Shown here: positions 10,223 through 20,400 of the stretch, one piece after another | How positions within the stretch are numbered: position 1 is the stretch's first letter | How the letters are laid out: each line of letters opens with the position of its first letter | Made by a program: the position numbers and the translations under genes | The notes under the pieces: generated by a model | What the model was told of the DNA's origin: nothing | Seen by the model: the letters and a program-made list of their open reading frames with translations, nothing else | The model's database searches: none | Origin: an uncultured Deferribacteres bacterium | GTDB taxonomy: Bacteria > Zhuqueibacterota > Zhuqueibacteria > Zhuqueibacterales > Geothermadaptataceae | DNA length: 64,000 bases | NCBI GenBank assembly: GCA_964014485.1 | Contig: CAXHAT010000009.1 | Location: 9,974-73,973 of the forward strand | Direction of reading: 5' to 3'

Positions 10223-11278
10223 TCAATCCGAAGCTATCGTCAAAACCGCCTTGGTGCAATTGTCCAATTTATTGGCGAAAAGGCGATAAGCGTCCGGGCC
10301 TTGCCGAAGCTGAAGAGAATGGGAAATCAGTTCAGCAATATTTCTTTCATTTTTCCGGGCGAGTTCAACAAGTTCCGGCATAAATTTTCTTGCCGGACAT
10401 CTCCCGCTGCGGTAGGTGATATTCTTGTCGTACGCCTGCCCCGGCGTAAAGGCGAATTGCGCTTCGGTATGCACGCCAACCGCTGAGATCGTCCCGCCGG
10501 GCTGGACAATTTCGTAAGCTGTTTTGGTCGCCGCCGCGCTGCCAACCACTTCCATAACGGCCTCAACGCCGCGCCCATCCGAGATTTCGTGGATCGTTTC
10601 AACAATATTTTGCTGCTCAAAATTCAATGGGATTGCGCCCAACTTTTGCGCTTGCGCCAATCGCTCCGGAACGCAATCCACAGCGAAAACTTGCTCGGCT
10701 CCGAGCTCCAGAGCAGACAAAATCGTCATCATGCCGACCGGGCCGCAGCCGAGGACGCCGTAAACGCCGCCGGGACGCACGTCCGCCATCGAAACGCAAA
10801 AATATCCCGTAGAAAGTACGTCGCCGAGAAAAAGCGCCGCTTCATCGGACAAGTCTTTCGGCGTTTTGTAAAGCGTTGAATCAGCCAAGGGTACGCGCAC
10901 GAATTCCGCTTGCCCGCCGTGCAAGCCGCCGCCCTTTTCCACCCAGCCGAAAAGCTGACCTCTTTCACAGCGCGCGGTAAGCCCGATGCGGCAAAAATAA
11001 CATTCGCCGCAATTTGTCGTGAACGGCGAGGCGACAAAATCGCCTTTTTTGAGTTTTGAAACGCCGCGACCAACTTCGACAATTTCCCCGACAAACTCGT
11101 GCCCCATCACCGTGCCCAAATCAAGCCCGGTTTCCCTGCCGTGATAAACATGCAGATCAGAGCCGCAAATCGCCGTTTTGCGCACCGCCACGATGACGTC
11201 GGTCGGTTCCAAAATCTTCGGATCGTCGACGGTTGTGCAGCGGACGTCTTCAACATCATTAAAAACAAGCGCTTTCAT
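10223..11278 (-). CDS. Zinc-dependent alcohol dehydrogenase (MDR family, FDH-like)
   Basis: CGSDLH, GHEFVG, CGECYFC...C structural Zn site, GCGPVG Rossmann motif. Confidence 0.92.
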   Translation of the reverse strand: MKALVFNDVEDVRCTTVDDPKILEPTDVIVAVRKTAICGSDLHVYHGRETGLDLGTVMGHEFVGEIVEVGRGVSKLKKGDFVASPFTTNCGECYFCRIGLTARCERGQLFGWVEKGGGLHGGQAEFVRVPLADSTLYKTPKDLSDEAALFLGDVLSTGYFCVSMADVRPGGVYGVLGCGPVGMMTILSALELGAEQVFAVDCVPERLAQAQKLGAIPLNFEQQNIVETIHEISDGRGVEAVMEVVGSAAATKTAYEIVQPGGTISAVGVHTEAQFAFTPGQAYDKNITYRSGRCPARKFMPELVELARKNERNIAELISHSLQLRQGPDAYRLFANKLDNCTKAVLTIASD

Positions 11279-11288
11279 AGATTCAGCC

Positions 11289-12236
11289 TCAATCTACTTT
11301 TATCGTTGGCCTGCCTTCAAGATATCCCAGACTGGTGAAAAACTCGTCGGTTTTGTAGAGCGTTTCAGCATAAGGCTTGTTGTCGTTGCGGCCATAAAGC
11401 GCGAAGGCGTGCGGCATATCTTCGTAGGCGACCAATTCACAGCGATTTCCGGCTTCCTTCATTTTATCCGCGAAAAGCTTGATGGTCATAAACGGCACGC
11501 GCGAATCAGCGGTGCCGTGAAAAATGATGGTTGGCGGTGCGTCAGATTTAATGAAATGATAGGGGGAAACGTTGGCGGGATCCGTGCCCATCGCCCGCTC
11601 CAATCGCTGCAAAAGATTTTCGGGGGCGGGAAAGACGCCTTCAATTGAGGAAAGAACGCAAGGCGCATTGAATAATACCATCGCGTCAGGAACGGAAGAA
11701 ATCGTCTTGTCTTCAGATTCGGCGTCATAGTCAGAAATCAACGCGGCACTGGCGGCGATATGCCCGCCCGCCGACTCCCCAACGGCGGCGACTCGCTTAG
11801 TGTCAACCCCTAGCCTTCCCGCGTTTTGACGTACCCAGCGAATGGCGGATTTGGCGTCTTCCACGCAAGCCGTGGCGCGCGTCTTATGCCGAGAAGCGAC
11901 GCGATAATCGGCCAACATTGCAATCATGCCGCGCCCCGCCAAGTACTTTGCATGCTCCTCAAATTGTTTCGGCGACCCGCGCCACCAACCGCCGCCAAAG
12001 AAAAAAACCGCGGCCGGGCGTTTTTCGTTCACGTCATGCTCTTCAGGATTAAAAACCCACATTTTGAGCTCGACGTCGCCAATCTTTTTATAAACTTCGA
12101 CTTGTGCGCTTTCGTCAATTTCCGGCGGATACGCCCAACGATTCTCGCCTTCTTGTGCAAACGCACTTGTCCAACAAACAACGAACAGGCCGGTAAAAAT
12201 TAGGCGCCGTAGTTTTTTCAGCATCTCACGCTCCAT
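11289..12236 (-). CDS. Secreted alpha/beta hydrolase (esterase/lipase, HSL/BD-FAE-like)
   Basis: FFGGGW, GESAGG, HGTAD, PHAF motifs and a signal peptide. Confidence 0.88.
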   Translation of the reverse strand: MEREMLKKLRRLIFTGLFVVCWTSAFAQEGENRWAYPPEIDESAQVEVYKKIGDVELKMWVFNPEEHDVNEKRPAAVFFFGGGWWRGSPKQFEEHAKYLAGRGMIAMLADYRVASRHKTRATACVEDAKSAIRWVRQNAGRLGVDTKRVAAVGESAGGHIAASAALISDYDAESEDKTISSVPDAMVLFNAPCVLSSIEGVFPAPENLLQRLERAMGTDPANVSPYHFIKSDAPPTIIFHGTADSRVPFMTIKLFADKMKEAGNRCELVAYEDMPHAFALYGRNDNKPYAETLYKTDEFFTSLGYLEGRPTIKVD

Positions 12237-12289
12237 TAACTTTGTCGTAAAATTACTCTCGAACGTTCTTGGTCGCTTTGCTTCAAGTC

Positions 12290-12491
12290 TTGATTACCTG
12301 ACACTTTTTACAAATTGCCGTTTAGACTTGGAGAAGTGGCCTCGAATTGTCATGCTGTAAGAATCTTTGTTAACGTCCGGCACAGATTTCCCCAAGAGTT
12401 CAAGGGTTGGATCAAAAAAGATGCTTACAGCATGACAATTCCGGCCTTTTTCGCCAGCTTTAGAAGCTTATAAAAAGTGTCAGGCAGTGAA
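12290..12491. mobile_element. MITE with family C (TGTCAT...ATGACA) core
   Basis: IR CCTGACACTTTTTA (12297) / TAAAAAGTGTCAGG (12484). Direct repeat TTCAAGTC(T) at 12282 and 12492. Inner IR AATTGTCATGCTGTAAG / CTTACAGCATGACAATT. Confidence 0.8.
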
Positions 12492-12527
12492 TTCAAGTCT
12501 ACAAAACTTGAGCAATCCAAGCGGGTT

Positions 12528-12848
12528 TTAGTGCGAACAGCCCAAGTCTTTCTCAACCAGGACTTTGAACGTCCGCCCGCCTTCTAAATCAATTTGCCGA
12601 TCAAATCCAACCATTTCGCTCTCAAGCCATTCGCTTGCAAGCTTTTGCGGCACTTTAACAACAATCTGCTCGTCGGCAAATTTCACCGTCACTTCAGTCG
12701 CGCTTTGAGAAATTTTCAGCGCATATTTCAATGCGTTGTTTGCCGGAAAATAGGCTGTCTCATCAACTGCTCCCGTGGCGGCAAATTGCGACAAATCCGC
12801 TTCGCTTAAACGCAAGCGCAAGGACTTGCCGTCGAGTCGTAATTTCAT
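12528..12848 (-). CDS. Conserved hypothetical protein (MKLR...LRLRL...LVEKD family)
   Basis: 106 aa ORF with typical ends MKLRLDGKSLRLRLS and KVLVEKD. Confidence 0.75.
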   Translation of the reverse strand: MKLRLDGKSLRLRLSEADLSQFAATGAVDETAYFPANNALKYALKISQSATEVTVKFADEQIVVKVPQKLASEWLESEMVGFDRQIDLEGGRTFKVLVEKDLGCSH

Positions 12849-12884
12849 TGAATTGCAATGATTTATAGTTTAAGCGCAGGGACA

Positions 12885-13124
12885 ATTCAGTTTCCCAACC
12901 ACGCTTGCGCTCTTGATCTGAAAGTCATTCCGGAGTCAAACGCTTCAGCGGTTGAGTACAATTTGTCAACTCTGGGAGCTGTCCCAAAACATGGTCTCTG
13001 ACTGAAAACATACCAAATGTAGGGGTTCAAAATCTTGAACTCCTACGACGACATATTGTGTCGCGCTCTAAAAATATCATGTTTTGAGACAGTCCCACTC
13101 CGAAAAAGAATGACTCAAAAGCCC
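12885..13124. repeat. Repeat family A, copy 3, interrupted by a family B element
   Basis: CGGAGTCAAACGCTTCAGCG ... ACTCCGAAAAAGAATGACTCAAAAGCC. The left boundary is approximate. Confidence 0.65.
12975..13096. mobile_element. MITE family B (GTAG-REP core)
   Basis: IR GGAGCTGTCCCAAAACAT / ATGTTTTGAGACAGTCCC. Core GTAGGGGTTCAAAATCTTGAACTCCTAC. Confidence 0.8.
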
Positions 13125-13450
13125 GCTTTTTTGCCATAAGCCAAAACGCCGCTCTGTGCCAAAGATTGAAAGTTCGAACCTAAGCATTCGCCCCTAAAGG
13201 CGCAAGAGAAACGACTTGATGGAACGCCCCGACGCAAACCAGCTCACGCGCTCAACGATAGAAATTCCCGAACTTTTTCAAGGTTAAACCGCGACGATTC
13301 GATCAAGGGCTCACAGTGCGTCTCGCTGGTTACTGAATCGAGCAAACGATCAGACTTCGCGCTTCAGCGCTTTTGGCAACAAGCTCAAAACACTTACAAC
13401 CTTCCGGCGATCTTCTTCGGGCTCTTGCGGTTCGCGTTTGAAGCCAATTT

Positions 13451-15337
13451 TCATGATGACGCCATTTTTCGCAGCCAAACCAGCATCTCGCCCGGTTCGC
13501 GATTGCCCCAGGAGAAATACGGCACGGCGGTGATTCCCTTTTCGACAAACTTCGTCCGCACGTCCGGCACGTACAAATCTTCGTTTTCGTGCGTTTCAAA
13601 AAATGCCAAACCTTTGATAACGGGAAAGGGCTGTTTTTTCGTCACGTTAGAATCGACCGCCCACTTTTGAACTGCCGGAAGGACAAGTCGATGCAGCCCC
13701 TCACCGTTGTCCGCTTGCTCCAGACAATAAACGACCGGCCCGCGCTGCAACGCGACGCGCCCGGCGCAAGCGCTGACTTTTGGATGCGCTTTCATTTCCA
13801 AAACCGGCGTCGGCAGAATCAATTCAACGCAGTCGCCGTCGCGCCAAACGCGGCGGATTTTAGCATAACCTTTTTCAATTTTCCCTGACGCAACTTCCTG
13901 ATTATTGAGCATAAAACGTGCATTTTTGCACCAGCCCGGAATTCGCAACGCAAGCGTAAATTCACACTCATTTTCGAGATCAATTTGTATCAAAATCTTC
14001 TCATCGAAAGGATAATCTGTTCCAATATTCAACCCGACTCGCGCGTCGTCAAAACCGATCACACTTTGACAAGCGGCGTATTGGTGCACAAAAATTTCCC
14101 GCTCGCCGACGCCAAAAAGATACTCGCCAAATGACGCGAGCAGTCTCGCAATATTTGGCGGACAGCAAGCGCAGGAGAACCAGGGCTGACGTTGATGATC
14201 GCCCGTACTTTCCAGCGGATTGGTGTAAAAAAAACGATCTCCGGCAAGCGAAACGCCGCTCAAAATGCCGTTATAAATCGCCCGTTCAATCACGTCGCCG
14301 TACTTGCCGTCACGGGTGATCTGCAGCATGCGTTGCGCGAAAAAAACCAGACTAATGGCCGCGCATGTTTCGGCGTAGGCGGCGGCGTTCGGCAAATCAT
14401 AATCAGCGGTGTGACCTTCGTTCTTGCTCGAAGCGCCGATTCCGCCGGTGACGTACATGCGCTTTTCAATCGCATGATCCAGCAATTTTCGACAGATCTG
14501 CAGCAATTCATCATCGTCGAATTCTACCGCTAAATCAGCCATCGCAGCGTACAGGTACATTCCGCGCACTGCATGGCCGACAGGCTCAACTTGTTCGCGC
14601 ACGGGAATGTGCGATTGCGTGTATTCGTGAGTCTTGGCCCAGTAATCCTCCGGCTGTTCGCCTCGCGCAACGGCTTCACGATCAAAATAATGCGGCGTTC
14701 TCCCTCGCTCTTCCACAAAGTATTTCGCCAAATTCAAGTAGCGTTTTTTCCCGGTTTCCCGCCACAATTTCACTAGCGCCAATTCGATTTCTTCATGTCC
14801 CGGAACCCCGCGTACTTGCCCTTCGCTTGTTCCGAACTTTTCGGCGATCAAAGCGGCGTATTTTTCCACGGCGTCAAGCAACCGGCGGTCGCCCGTCGCC
14901 TGGAAAACGGCGATTGCCGCTTCAATCAGATGCCCGGCGCAATAAAGCTCGTGCTTGTCGCGCAAATTTTTCCAGCGATTTTCAGGCTCGATGAAAATAA
15001 AAAACGAGTTGAGGTAGCCGTCAGATTGTTGAGCGTTGCAGATCAGCGTGACGACTTCGTCGATGATCTTGCGAAGTTTTGGGGAGTCGTGGCCATGCAG
15101 CGAATATGCGGCGGCTTCCAGCCATTTTGCCAAGTCGGAATCCCAAAAAACGTGCGGCGACTCCTCGCCCTTGTAGGTTTTGGGATCATAGCTCCAAACA
15201 TCAATGCGGCCGGTGCGGCGACACTGTTTTTCGATATGCGGGATTGAAATTTCCGCGTTCGCGCGCTGGCGTTTCGCCCAGAAACCGTCTGTAATTTTGA
15301 CGTTTGTATAGGTGACGTTTTGAAGCGGACGGATCAT
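13451..15337 (-). CDS. Glycoside hydrolase family 127 (beta-L-arabinofuranosidase-like)
   Basis: DSDLAKWLEA, HELYCAGH, GHEEIE, GHAVR, YAETCA and CACCPPN motifs. Confidence 0.93.
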   Translation of the reverse strand: MIRPLQNVTYTNVKITDGFWAKRQRANAEISIPHIEKQCRRTGRIDVWSYDPKTYKGEESPHVFWDSDLAKWLEAAAYSLHGHDSPKLRKIIDEVVTLICNAQQSDGYLNSFFIFIEPENRWKNLRDKHELYCAGHLIEAAIAVFQATGDRRLLDAVEKYAALIAEKFGTSEGQVRGVPGHEEIELALVKLWRETGKKRYLNLAKYFVEERGRTPHYFDREAVARGEQPEDYWAKTHEYTQSHIPVREQVEPVGHAVRGMYLYAAMADLAVEFDDDELLQICRKLLDHAIEKRMYVTGGIGASSKNEGHTADYDLPNAAAYAETCAAISLVFFAQRMLQITRDGKYGDVIERAIYNGILSGVSLAGDRFFYTNPLESTGDHQRQPWFSCACCPPNIARLLASFGEYLFGVGEREIFVHQYAACQSVIGFDDARVGLNIGTDYPFDEKILIQIDLENECEFTLALRIPGWCKNARFMLNNQEVASGKIEKGYAKIRRVWRDGDCVELILPTPVLEMKAHPKVSACAGRVALQRGPVVYCLEQADNGEGLHRLVLPAVQKWAVDSNVTKKQPFPVIKGLAFFETHENEDLYVPDVRTKFVEKGITAVPYFSWGNREPGEMLVWLRKMASS

Positions 15338-16149
15338 CCGGCGGCTCGACTTTTTGACCAGATGAGCGGCAAGAGTTTTTCGTTGACAAGCGGATCGCCG
15401 ATTTTCAGAGAATCGATAAATTCTTTAGGCAGGATGTTTTGCTGACCGTTAAATTTCGCACCTTGCGGCATGTAAGCGCAAGTCATCGCACGTCGCGGGC
15501 GGGGGGTCATGTTGGGGCCGGCGCCATGTGCGGTTGGACCGTTGTGTACGCCCGCCCAACCGCGCTTCATTTCCGCCATTACAGGCTCAATCTCGCACCA
15601 CTCCAGATAAACGTCAAAAAGCGTCCCAACATTCTCGTCGATGTCCACGTTGTCAAAATTTGCGGTTTTGTGCGTGCCGGGCAAATAGTACATGCAGCCG
15701 TTTTGGATCGTCGCGCCGTCGAGCGCAACCCAAATTGACAGTGCGTCTCGCGAATGGAAGGACGAGTACGGATTGTCCAAGCGCCACGCGGTTGGATTGG
15801 CCCAAGGCGCTTTTTGCAATGTTTGATCATCCCAGACGTGAATGCCTTCAACGCCGGCGAGTTTGGCCAACATCTTGCCGAGATTCGGGTTCAAAAAATA
15901 GCGTTTGATCGTGTCGTTGATGCGCCAGAGATTGAGCCGTTGCAGAAAAACCCGGTCATAAAAACTGTCGCCTTCCGCCAAGTCTTCGTTGCCGTCCCCG
16001 GCCACTTTTTGTTTGCCCATCTGCGCGACGCTTTCTTCGACGGCCGCCAAAATTTCTTCAACTTCCGCTTCAGAAATAAAATCTTCAATAATCAAAAAAC
16101 CGTCGCGTTGGTATGCATCGATTTGTTGTTGCGTGACTTCAGTTTTCAT
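15334..16149 (-). CDS. Phytanoyl-CoA dioxygenase (PhyH) family protein with degenerate active site
   Basis: Family motifs YQRDGF, SIWVAL..AT..NGCM.Y.PGTH and H.AGPN.T..PRRA. The Fe-binding HxD motif reads WRLD. Confidence 0.82.
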   Translation of the reverse strand: MKTEVTQQQIDAYQRDGFLIIEDFISEAEVEEILAAVEESVAQMGKQKVAGDGNEDLAEGDSFYDRVFLQRLNLWRINDTIKRYFLNPNLGKMLAKLAGVEGIHVWDDQTLQKAPWANPTAWRLDNPYSSFHSRDALSIWVALDGATIQNGCMYYLPGTHKTANFDNVDIDENVGTLFDVYLEWCEIEPVMAEMKRGWAGVHNGPTAHGAGPNMTPRPRRAMTCAYMPQGAKFNGQQNILPKEFIDSLKIGDPLVNEKLLPLIWSKSRAAG

Positions 16150-16170
16150 AACCCAAATCCGTTTTTCGGA

Positions 16171-17415
16171 TTAATTTTCATCGAATAGATCGTCTGGCAA
16201 CGTTACGCCGCCGTTGGCCCAGTCGAGCGGCGGGGACTGTAATTCGCCGGACTCGCAAACGTAGGAAAAACCGCCTTCGGCTGCAAGCAATTGCAGCGTT
16301 TCGAAACGGCTCTTGTCCGCACAACCAATCGCGAGGCCTTGCAACATCTCGCGAAAAGGCTTCAGTTGGGCAAATATCTCGTCGACGTTTTTCACCGGGA
16401 TAATTTGGAGCGCGCCTTCACCATGCAAAAGCTCCGGAGCAAAACGGTCTGTTTGAATTGCCAAGCCGAAATTGGGGACGATTCGACGATATTCAATTCC
16501 TTGTAAATCGAGAATTTCCTGAATTTGTCTCAATCTTTTGCTGGGCTTGACATCGCCTTCTCCGCCATGCAGTTTTTGGACGGTTTGGCCGTAAACCTGA
16601 GCAAAAGCGTCTACCCAATTCGCCAAATTATCCGCCGGGGTTTTCACAAAAAGCGCTTGCAGTGAAAGACAGCCGCGCTGAAAATAAAGCGCGGCGTCTC
16701 GGGCGAATCCTTCCATAAATATATTGTCAGCGGACGCGGTTTCGCAATAGCCGACGCTGAATTTGTGACCAAAACCAACCGTTTTTTCGGGATAATTTTG
16801 CTGAAAAAAACCAACGGTTTGATTCGAACCGAAGACAAAGATTTTGTCAGCGAATTTAAAAAGCTCTTGAAGCTCTGGCGCATCGGAAGGCCAGTGATGC
16901 GCGTAAATTCCGGCGTGAAGACGCTTGTTTCTTCGCTCGATTTCATGAAGCAACCAGGGAAAGAGCGCTGCGTCGGCTCGTGAAAGTTTAACGATAACCG
17001 GAATTTGCGCTGAAGCCAACATGACGGCAGGCGCAAGCGCAACCAAAGGAATATTTCCCGATGAAACGATTGCGGTGCGCGCGAAAGAAGGGTGTTGCTC
17101 CGTCCTTGTTTCCCCGGCTCTGCGTTTAACTCTGACAGGACTTGGAACCTTGTCAGAGTTTTCGGGCAAGCCGTTAATCAATCCTTCAAAAGAAGTCCGC
17201 AGGCTTTCGCGGAGCAAATGTGGCGAAAGATCGCAATCTTGCGCTGTTTTTTTCAGGATTGAGTCAGGAATTCTTTGCCAAACGTCGCTCAAAAAGTCTT
17301 GCCAGCATCGAATATATTCGTCGCCAAGCTTGGGGCTGTTTGAAATGTCGCTCGCTAATTTGTCAAAAATTGACTCAAACATTTTCAATGTTAGAAAAGA
17401 TAAATCCGTCCCCAA
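16171..17415 (-). CDS. LuxC-like acyl-CoA reductase
   Basis: SGNIP, VKLS, FGSNQT, GFGHKFS, FQRGCLS (catalytic Cys) and GELQSP..W motifs. Confidence 0.75.
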   Translation of the reverse strand: MGTDLSFLTLKMFESIFDKLASDISNSPKLGDEYIRCWQDFLSDVWQRIPDSILKKTAQDCDLSPHLLRESLRTSFEGLINGLPENSDKVPSPVRVKRRAGETRTEQHPSFARTAIVSSGNIPLVALAPAVMLASAQIPVIVKLSRADAALFPWLLHEIERRNKRLHAGIYAHHWPSDAPELQELFKFADKIFVFGSNQTVGFFQQNYPEKTVGFGHKFSVGYCETASADNIFMEGFARDAALYFQRGCLSLQALFVKTPADNLANWVDAFAQVYGQTVQKLHGGEGDVKPSKRLRQIQEILDLQGIEYRRIVPNFGLAIQTDRFAPELLHGEGALQIIPVKNVDEIFAQLKPFREMLQGLAIGCADKSRFETLQLLAAEGGFSYVCESGELQSPPLDWANGGVTLPDDLFDEN

Positions 17416-17429
17416 ATAAATCTCAATTT

Positions 17430-20400
17430 CTACTGCATTCCTACGACTATTTCTTTAGCGTCGTTTGCAATGGGCGTTTCCTGTATTTTGCCGTTCGGCC
17501 AACGAATCCAAAGCGTTTTTGGCTGAGAACGCAAGCCAAGTAGCTGCACAAATGCACCCCGCGACAAACGACCCGCAGCAGCCTGAATCTCTCTCGCAGG
17601 CCCCATGTCGCCGTTTTGATAAATGATGCGAATCACCGCTCCAACAGCTTCAGGATTTCCAGCGATGCCGTTGAGTTTGACACGAATTCCTTGCTTGGCA
17701 AGAGTATTTCGATATAAAACGGCAGGCGCGTTTTTTTGCGCCACGATCAAATCAACACGTCCGTCGGCGTTGAAATCGCCCAGTGCGGCGCCGTTTTGCT
17801 CGCCATAAATTTTGATCCCGGAAGTTTGCCCCGATACAGCTTCAAGACCGCCCGTTCCGTCGCCGCGCAGCCACAGGCCGCGCCCGCCGTCTTGGCGATC
17901 CGATTCTCGGCGCGTTGACAACAAGTTCTGGCTCAGGAAAACATCGTCGTGACCGTCACCGTCAAAATCGGCAACATTGGCGGCGTTGGCGACGGTAAAT
18001 TGCGCCTCAGGCGGCATAGCGACGGCTTCGAAATGATCGCCGCGATTGAGAAAAACCATACTCGCGGCTGTATTGACGGACAACCGTTTGGCCCGCTTGT
18101 AGACGCTTCCCAAAATTTCTTCCACGCTCGATGCGGCGTAGTTTTGATTGTTTCGCATCCGCGAACCGACAATCGGAATGGCGCGCGTCAATTCGGTAAA
18201 GCTGCCATCAGGTACAACTTTTCCCGTCGCTGAATCCGTGTGCGCTTCAATCAAATCAAAAACGCCGTTGCTGTCAAAATCGCCGTAAAACAGGTAGCGC
18301 GGATGTTCCGGGTTGGCTTTGTAGGCGGTGTTCACGCCCCAATTCGCCGCGATAATGTCAGGCTTGCCGTCCGCGTTTAAATCGCCGGTTGTAACTCCCT
18401 GCCACATTCCGGTGTAGTTTTCCATCCCCCATTTTTCGGTCGTCTCGATGAATTTCCCGTCTTGGTTTTGCAAAATTCTTATCGCGCCCCACTCAACGGC
18501 CAAAATCAAATCGGGGTCGCCGTCGTCGTCCATGTCGCTAAAAACGGCGCTCGTCACGAGACCAAAATTTTCACCGGCCCCGAGGTTTTCCTCGTCAGTT
18601 TTGAGCACGCCGTTTGCGTTTTTCAGGAAAAATGAAGGCTCCGATTCAGGATAACGCCCAGAAACGGCGCCGCCGCCGACAAAAACGTCGAGATCGCCAT
18701 CGCCGTCATAGTCCGCAAAAACGACGACGCGAGCTTGTTCTTCCCCTTTGAAAAATTTGTGCGTTTGAGCAGCCAGATTGTGGTAGAAATCTTTTGACGA
18801 AGCGGTTTTTGACGGCGCGCTAAAAACGCTCTGTCCTCGATTGCGAAAAACTATCGGCGCCCCCCTTCCTCCTCGCCCGAAAATCAAATCAACGTTTGAA
18901 TCGCCGTCAAGATCGAGCCACGCGGCGCTCGTGCCAGGGTTGCTGATTTGTTTTGGCAACAGCGGCTGTTTTCTAAATTCATTCTCGTCATTTTCGTCGG
19001 GAGCATCAAGATCAAAACGCCGTTCTTCGACAAAAAATGGCGTGGTCGTCGCGGCATCTCCAGAATGTTTTGCCTCAACCGCGCCGGAATCGAAAATTTC
19101 GTAAATCCGATTCGGTTGGGCCCTCGGAACCAAGCTTGTTTTGCCGTTCCGCCAGGTCACTTCAATCGTCAAGCTGTCGCTTTCGCCTGCCGCAAAAACG
19201 AGCAATGGATCGGAGCCGGAGAGATATGTTCCGCCGACAATCACTTCTTTTTGCTGCACAACCGGTCCGCCGACAACACGCACTTTTGCGCCGACGCCTT
19301 GCGTATTTCCGTCCGCGCCGCGTAAGCGAACGGCAATTCTCGAAGCCGGACTCTCATTGCGATAGATTCCCGCAGACATGTCCAGACGATTGGTTGCCAG
19401 ATCGAGATCGCCGTCATTGTCAAAATCCGCCAACGCCAAACCCCAGGCAACGTCCGGTTCCGTGAAACCCCATTCCGCGCTGACGTCTTCAAAAGTCAAA
19501 TCGCGCTTATTGCGAAAAGCGACGTTCGGAGTGAGATAGTCCGGGTAGAGCGTGGTGAGACGGCGATAATCATAGCCGAACGCCGAAAGTTGCTGCACGC
19601 GATTGTTCGTGTCCACGTCTTCAAAATCGTGCAATTGCCCGTTGGTGGTGAGAATATCTTCGTAGCCGTCGAGATCAACGTCGAGGAAGCGCGCCGTCCA
19701 GGTCCATTCGGAAGCCTCGACGCCGCTATACTGGCCAATTTCAGCGTAGGTCTGATCGCCGCGATTGAGAAAGAGCGTGTTGCGTTTTAATTGCGGCCTG
19801 CCGCCGGAATTGGGCGTGTTTTCAGCCGGGCTCATCTGCTGCATTCGGCGTTCGTGGTTTCGCGCCAGCATGTCGATCAGATAAAAATCTTCATGGCCGT
19901 CGCGGTTAATGTCCGAAAAATCGACCGCCATCGTAAAACGGCTGGTATGGCGAATTGCATTTTTCGGAATCGCGTGAAAGCGCCCGTCGCCGTCGTTGAT
20001 CCAGATGCGGTCGGGACTCCAGTAGTCGTTGCAAACGAAAATATCGGGGTCTCCGTCATTGTCCATGTCGCGAAAGGTCGGTTGCAAGCCCCAATCTTTG
20101 GGCGGCGTCATCTGCTCAAACGCTTCGTTTTTGAACCTGCCTTCTTCAAAAGAGACCTCTTCGAAAACGCCGTCGCCATTGTTGAGGTAGAGAAAATCCG
20201 TGTCCGGGTTTTCAAACAGCGTGGGCTGTCCGTCAACCATTTCGACGCGATAATGTCCTTCAAACTTTGGCGCGATCTGGTATTCCTTGCCGATTTTTTG
20301 CGCCACGAGATGCGGCGCGCGCTCGGCAGGCGGGAAAAGACTTTCGACAGAGCGCTTTTTGAAATTGGTCACGTAAATATCAAGATCGCCGTCGCCTTCA

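Noticed and set aside
16171..17415. Bioluminescence (lux) operon
   Set aside because: No luxA/B/D/E genes in the window. LuxC-like reductases are widespread outside luminescence.
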